Part shown: one piece after another, positions 58,509 to 64,000 of the stretch
How the letters are laid out: each line of letters starts with the position of its first letter
Numbering within the stretch: the stretch's first letter is position 1
Source: Octopus vulgaris
Taxonomy: Eukaryota
Length of the DNA stretch: 64,000 nt
Direction of reading: 5' to 3'
Assembly: GCA_951406725.2 (NCBI GenBank)
Contig: OX597816.1
Coordinates: 90,830,001 to 90,894,000 of the forward strand
Translations under genes and position numbers: made by a program
The notes under the pieces: model-generated
What the model was told of the DNA's origin: nothing
The model's database searches: none
What the model saw: only the letters and a program-made list of their open reading frames with translations

Positions 58509-58566
58509 TATCACTGATGAAGAGAGGGCTCTTAGTAGCTAACTCTGAAATTGGTCCGATATGGTA
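58509..58566 (+). ncRNA. Type I hammerhead ribozyme, intact core
   Basis: TATCA-CTGATGA (58514-58520)-AGAG...CTCT-GAAA (58547-58550)-TTGG T CCGA-TA-TGGTA. Predicted cleavage after 58561. Confidence 0.82.
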
Positions 58567-59558
58567 ATGGAATTTTTTAGAAATTTCTGTCGACCTTTTT
58601 TCGAGTAACGTGCGTATTGTGAAAAAATTATATGGTTAATGGACAATATGTCTAATTTTTCGGCATATTTGGCATTAGAAATTTTTTCCTTTGCCCTCAT
58701 TTATGAATTGTTTATAACTTTAACCGTTAAAGGTATTTTTTAATATGCTGGCCATTGATGAAATTTTTTTCGAGAAAATATTCTTTTCGAAAAGAATTTT
58801 ATCCTCACATTTGATATATATATATATGTTTGTATGTCTGTGTTTTGTCTTCTCACAAACGCTTGACTACCGATATTGGTGTGTTTACGTCCCTGTAACT
58901 TAGCGGTTCGGCAAAGGGGTACGACAGAAAAAGTACTAGGCTTACAAAGAATAAGTCTTGGGGTCAATTTGTTCGAATAAAAGCTGGTGCTCCAGCATTG
59001 CCGCAGTCAAATGACTAAAACAAGTAAAAGCATAAAAGAATAAACACACACATACACATACACAAATAAATAAATAAAAATACGCAGCACACAAAGAGAC
59101 GAAAAATGAATTCAACGACCATCCATGCTGTTAAAACTATTCATTTAATCTTTTATATTTTACTTTACAAGCCTTCGACAGAAGGAAAGGAAGGAAGGGA
59201 TTCCCGACCTTCATTGATCGCCCAAACTACTAAGATTGATAGGGTTGTTCAGCTCCAGTCAGTCGACAGATTCAAATTAATTTTGTTGTCAACTGCTTCA
59301 CAAATGTAAGTGGATTCAGTGCTGAAATGTATTGCAGTACGGTGTGCTTTCATGGTCAGCTTATTCTTATTCATCACTTTCCTTTGTGAACTTTCTATTG
59401 TTTTTCGGAAACTAATGGTATTTTTAATTAATGATGATGAGAAAGCCAACTACTTTGAGGAGTTGAGATATATGAATTGGAGAATTGGATACGTTGTGTC
59501 AATAGTATTACAGTTCTGCTAGAAAAACAATGTTTTATCAATCTGTCTGTCTGTCTGC

Positions 59559-59628
<70 letters not shown>

Positions 59629-59706
59629 GTCTGTCTGTCTGTCTGTCTGTCTTTCTGTCTGTTTTCATATGGTTCTGTGTGTATTTATACATACATGTGT
59701 GAGTGT

Positions 59707-59753
<47 letters not shown>

Positions 59754-59799
59754 CACACAACCATATGAAGACAGACAAACATACAGACAGATATAAGTA

Positions 59800-60105
59800 G
59801 AAACGCAATGGCCCAGTGGTTAGGGCAGCGGACTCGCGGTTGTAGGAACGCAGTTTCGCTTCCCAAACCGGGCGTTGTGAGTGTTTATTGAGCGAAAAAC
59901 CTAAAGGTCTACGAGGCTCCGGCAGTGGTGGGGAGATCCCTATTGTACTCTTTCGCCACAACTTTCTCTCACTCTTTCTTCTGTTGGCCTGCTCGCTTAG
60001 CCCGCAGGGTGGCGTCATTTGAAGGCTAAAACAATGCGAAGCGCATTGTGACCAGCGATGTGTAGCAACATCTGATAGCCTGTTCGGTCACGGTGATCAC
60101 GGTGA
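59800..60105 (+). mobile_element. tRNA-derived SINE family C
   Basis: tRNA-like head GCAATGGCCCAGTGGTTAGGGCAGCGGACTCGCGG...GTTTCGCTTCCC (A and B boxes), a unique body and a tandem tail CACGGTGAT-CACGGTGAT. Confidence 0.75.
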
Positions 60106-60374
60106 TATATATATATATATTAGAAAGAATACCAGGCTTTACGCACACACACACAAAGTACTAGGGTATATTCGTATGTTTGTTTGTGTCTGTGTGTGTG
60201 TGTTTGTGTGTATGAAAGAAGTTGAAAATGTATTGGGATTCGTTTAGATATTTTATTTAAAAATTTTTAAAGAATTAACCGGTTTCATAGGTTTTTCTGA
60301 TCTTCAAAAGTTGAGATAGAAAGATGTGGAGCTATGCTTCAAATGTCTTGCTTCAGTGTACATACATACATACA

Positions 60375-60479
<105 letters not shown>

Positions 60480-60784
60480 TTTTCTCTTTTCTGGTCCTTA
60501 TTCTATCGGTTTTCGCCGAACCGGTAGGTACGGGAACGTAAACAAACCAACACCATAGTCTTAGTGGGGAAGAGACGCACACAGAAAGACGCGCGCGTAT
60601 TCGCATTTTCTTTGAGACAGTTTCCATCTTATCCCCCCAGGAGGCTAATAATGATATTTAATTACGTTAAATGCACACAAATGCATAAAAATAATATTTA
60701 ATTCCATTAGACATTCTAAAATACTATTAAATTTCATTCAATTTTAAAAAAGGTAAACTCGGACAGAACTTATGGGATGACCTG

Positions 60785-60825
<41 letters not shown>

Positions 60826-60827
<2 letters not shown>

Positions 60828-61028
60828 GGTCCCGGGTTGATTCGGGGTTAACCACAGTAAATAAGGTACTCAATACATAGCAGAGTAAAATTAATTTATT
60901 ATATAGAAGGAGCTTCTACAGGACTAGAACTGTTTCATTCAAGAGAAATCTTCAGGAAGCTCTGAAGGGCTTCCTGAAGATTTCTCTTGAATGAAACAGT
61001 TCTAGTCCTGTAGAAGCTCCTTCTATAT

Positions 61029-61033
<5 letters not shown>
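60826..61033 (-). mobile_element. Minimal fold-back element in (TA)n: perfect 65-bp inverted arms, each essentially one hammerhead
   Basis: 60896-60960 is the exact reverse complement of 60969-61033, with an 8-nt spacer. A unique ~70-bp tail at 60826-60895 has AATAAA just 3' of the minus-strand ribozyme. Confidence 0.9.
60967..61019 (+). ncRNA. Type I hammerhead motif (mirror copy on the minus strand at about 60910-60962)
   Basis: GGGCTTC-CTGAAGA-TTTCTCTTGAAT-GAAA-CAG TTCTAGTC CTG-TA-GAAGCTC: 7-bp stem I, 4-bp stem III, GUA site. Stem II has only 3 bp after a U-U pair. Confidence 0.75.
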
Positions 61034-61071
<38 letters not shown>

Positions 61072-61309
61072 CATAATTATATATATATATGTATACATAC
61101 ATATATACATACATACAAATTTATATATATACATATATACGTATCTTTATATATATATTAATATATACATACATATATATATGTATATATATACATACAT
61201 ATATATTTACATATATATATATATATATACAGATAAATATATATATATACATATATAAGCATTTATATATATGTATATATATATACATATCTATACATAT
61301 ATAAATTTC

Positions 61310-61562
61310 TTTTACTTTTCTTTTACTGGTTTCAGCCCAGGGTTGATGTATGCTGATGCATCACCTGTTGTTACTCGGTTTTGGTTCCGATATTGATTTT
61401 GGTGAAGTAGCAAGTTCAACGGAGCTGCTCTTCTTTGCGTCTCCTGCCGCAATATCTCAGATAGAAACCAGTCCAGTCGTTCCTCGAAAACTTCCATATC
61501 AACACAATGTAGATCTCTGAGTTTGCCTGGTAGGATGTTGAACGATTGCTGTCCCTTGAAAC
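61310..61562 (-). mobile_element. CR1/Zenon-like LINE 3' remnant
   Basis: FKGQQSFNILPGKLRDLHCVDMEVFEERLDWFLSEI matches the post-RT motif GP.LFN.LP..LR......FK..LD.FL.. Confidence 0.65.
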
Positions 61563-61830
61563 ACACACACACACAGACACATGTATGTATGTATATAATA
61601 TATACACAAAGTATGGGGGTTTAGTTCAGAAGTGATCTAAACGATTAGGCACGTTAGGCAAGTGCTGTGACAGATTAATAGGGCTACAATGTTATAGACT
61701 AGACAGTATCTATGGATCTACTGCAGATTTCCGATGCAGCGAATATATAATTGTTAAAGAGGATAACAAACGTAAAGGCAAGGCAAAGACTTCAAGTAGT
61801 ATACAATATTATTATTGGAAAAAATTCAAA

Positions 61831-61886
61831 GTCTTACAGCTGTTTCTTTGATATCCCCGAGTATGGGATATCCCATCATCAGAGAC
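61831..61886 (-). ncRNA. Type I hammerhead ribozyme, intact core
   Basis: GTCT-CTGATGA-TGGGATATCCC ATACTC GGGGATATCAAA-GAAA-CAGCTG-TA-AGAC: 4-bp stem I, palindromic stem III ACAGCTGT, GUA site. Confidence 0.85.
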
Positions 61887-62067
61887 AAATGGAGAAAAAT
61901 AGGGAAAATGAGCATGGTATGTATTAATGAGATGGCTATATAGAAGAAAGTTGAACTATGAACTGTTATGTTTCTTTTTTCTTCTCTCTCTTCATCTTCT
62001 TATTCCTTTACTCCCTTCCTTTTTGTCGTCATCTCATTAACATATACCATTTTCATTTTCTCTATTT

Positions 62068-62123
62068 GTGTCTGATGAAGGAATATCCCATACTCGGGAA
62101 TATTCTAGAAATAGCTATAAAAC
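62068..62123 (+). ncRNA. Type I hammerhead motif, opposite-arm copy
   Basis: GTGT-CTGATGA-AGGAATATCCC...GGGAATATTCTA-GAAA-TAGCTA-TA-AAAC. Stem III is the palindrome ATAGCTAT; stem I has a mismatch. Confidence 0.7.
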
Positions 62124-62201
62124 CTTGATTTTTTTCTAATAATAATATTGTATATGACTTGAGATGTTTGCCTTGCATTAACGTTTGTTGTCCGCTTTAA
62201 C

Positions 62202-62296
<95 letters not shown>

Positions 62297-62745
62297 TATA
62301 TACGCAATAGTGGGCATTAAAACGTTCGGACAGATAGACGACACTAAGACGGACAAGAGAAACAACAATTAGAAGGAGAGGCAAAAAAGACGGGCCATTC
62401 TTGTCTTTCTTTCATCAGTCAAGTACCAGAAGTCCCGACCATTTCGGACAGTTACACTAGAGATGGTTCGATCTGGTTGTCCCCCAAAAAGTCTAAGCTA
62501 ACATCATTAGACCCCTTTGTAAGAAAGCTAGCCAATGTCTACGGCAACAAATACGAAAGACAATCAAACAAAAAAAACGGAGAACTTGGTACACAATTAT
62601 GAATACAACAACAAGAAATAACAACAGGCGTCTTGCGACTGAGAACTATTCAAATTGTTCTGGCGTGTATGAAGTAAAAGCCTAAAGGCAGGAACATATA
62701 TATGTATATATATATATATACATATGTATATATATATATATATAC

Positions 62746-62791
<46 letters not shown>

Positions 62792-62798
62792 GTATATG

Positions 62799-62830
<32 letters not shown>

Positions 62831-63171
62831 TATGTATCTGTACATATATATACACATATCGTTGTATATATATATATATACATATATATGTGCATATATA
62901 TGTATATATATGTGTATATATGCACGAACACGATAATACTTGTCTAAGTATTAATCTTCCTTTAACCTTCTTTCTTTTCCCTCTAAGCAGTTACAACAGC
63001 GAAAGCTTATTACGTTATTCTATCTAGACTGGAACGAATGTTTTACTCGTTCATGATTAAATTTTTTGCGTTACTACAATATTTGTTACTTTTATTCATT
63101 CTCGAACTGGATGGTCATATAACAGCAAGTCAGCCGACACAAAAATTATCAAGTGAGACTTCTTTATCAAA

Positions 63172-63216
63172 ATACTAGAAGAGACTCAGGCTGATGGGTC
63201 GAAACATATGTCGTAC
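63172..63216 (+). ncRNA. Decayed type I hammerhead motif
   Basis: ATAC-TAGAAGA-GACTC AGGCTGAT GGGTC-GAAA-CATATG-TC-GTAC: good stem II, palindromic stem III ACATATGT, GUC site, damaged CUGANGA box. Followed within about 50 bp by SSRs. Confidence 0.55.
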
Positions 63217-63282
63217 CTAGTAAAAGTCTAATACGAAATCCATCTCCTACTATTAAGTAATACACACACACACACACACACA

Positions 63283-63318
<36 letters not shown>

Positions 63319-64000
63319 ATATATATATATATATATATTTATATACACACACATAATATACACACACTTGTATGTATGAATGTATGGTTCACAATTGTAG
63401 TAATGTGCAATAACACACGAGTAAATTGTTGATCCATTTTTACTAATAGCTGTGAGCTTTCGTGCGTTTATTCAGGGTACAAACTATTCCCATTAGTCTT
63501 CTTTGTCGCCTGAGTGACATAAAGGGTGACAATGTGAATCACCGTTGCGGTACGATTTTCCTAACCACACAGTCACGCTTACACCAATATCAAAGGTCGT
63601 ACGTACATAATATATACATTAAACAATATATATTGGTGGAGTGACGCTATAACACCGCGCCTAGTAACTTCTGTAATTTGCATTTTTTAGGAAATCTCTT
63701 TAAAATTCTTAAAGAAAAGAATCATTTTTATATTTTATCCTTTCATGTTATGGTAGACCCAGCCTTCAGGTAGAATTTTTCTATTGATTCTATTTATGGA
63801 ATGATATTGAAAAGCAAGAAAAATTTTAAGAAATAAATATGAACCGTGAATCTTTTACAATCAACTGGAATAAAATAACATATTCAGGTAGACTTAACGT
63901 GATTCATTTTCAACAAATTAACCACACTCTGGATAACGCCGGGTATCCGATTATATGTGTTGAGTGTGTGTGATTATATGTATGTATGTATGTATGTATG

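Larger units (their letters stand above)
58037..58813 (+). mobile_element. Fold-back element with ~250-bp inverted arms, an internal perfect palindrome and paired hammerheads
   Basis: 58037-58287 is the near-identical reverse complement of 58462-58709. A 27-bp-arm palindrome lies at 58412-58466. A unique ~100-bp tail follows at 58710-58813. Flanked by (TA)n on both sides. Confidence 0.92.
57891..59040 (+). mobile_element. SINE family B split at its internal (TA)n by a ~775-bp insertion
   Basis: The 5' half ends GAAACTGAAAGAAGCCCGTCG(TA)n at about 58036. The 3' half resumes with (TA)n TGTTTGTATGTCTGTG...GCTTGAC at about 58814 and runs to AAGTAAAAG. Confidence 0.88.
61743..62210. mobile_element. 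Fold-back element with diverged arms of about 190 bp and paired hammerheads
   Basis: About 61743-61936 is the reverse complement of about 62028-62210 (TATATAATTGTTAAAG / CTTTAACAATTATATA; CCCGAGTATGGGATAT / ATATCCCATACTCGGG). The right end abuts (TA)n. Confidence 0.85.

Noticed and set aside
59800-59875. tRNA gene
   Set aside because: The cloverleaf is imperfect and continues into a SINE body and tandem tail, so it is a SINE head.

Overview
AT-rich, microsatellite-saturated eukaryotic DNA, intergenic or intronic, with no intact protein-coding gene. Nearly all ORFs in the track are translations of (TA)n, (CA)n, (TACA)n, (TATC)n or (AAT)n tracts. The SINE families and SSR profile look like an octopus (coleoid cephalopod) genome; this is inference from pattern recognition only. 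The window holds many tRNA-derived SINEs (at least 4 families), R4/Dong-type LINE ends in (AAT)n tracts, RTE and CR1-like LINE ends, two mariner MITEs, a MULE deletion derivative, a probable decayed piggyBac and two Penelope-like element (PLE) relics. The main signal is a set of 11 intact or decayed type I hammerhead ribozyme motifs (CUGANGA...GAAA, mostly palindromic stem III, NUH site) at 8 loci. Four of these loci are non-coding fold-back (inverted-repeat) elements of mutually unrelated sequence, in or next to (TA)n tracts, with hammerhead sequence in both arms. Two more sit beside PLE RT/GIY-YIG relics. All alignments and folds were done by eye, and repeat boundaries are approximate.
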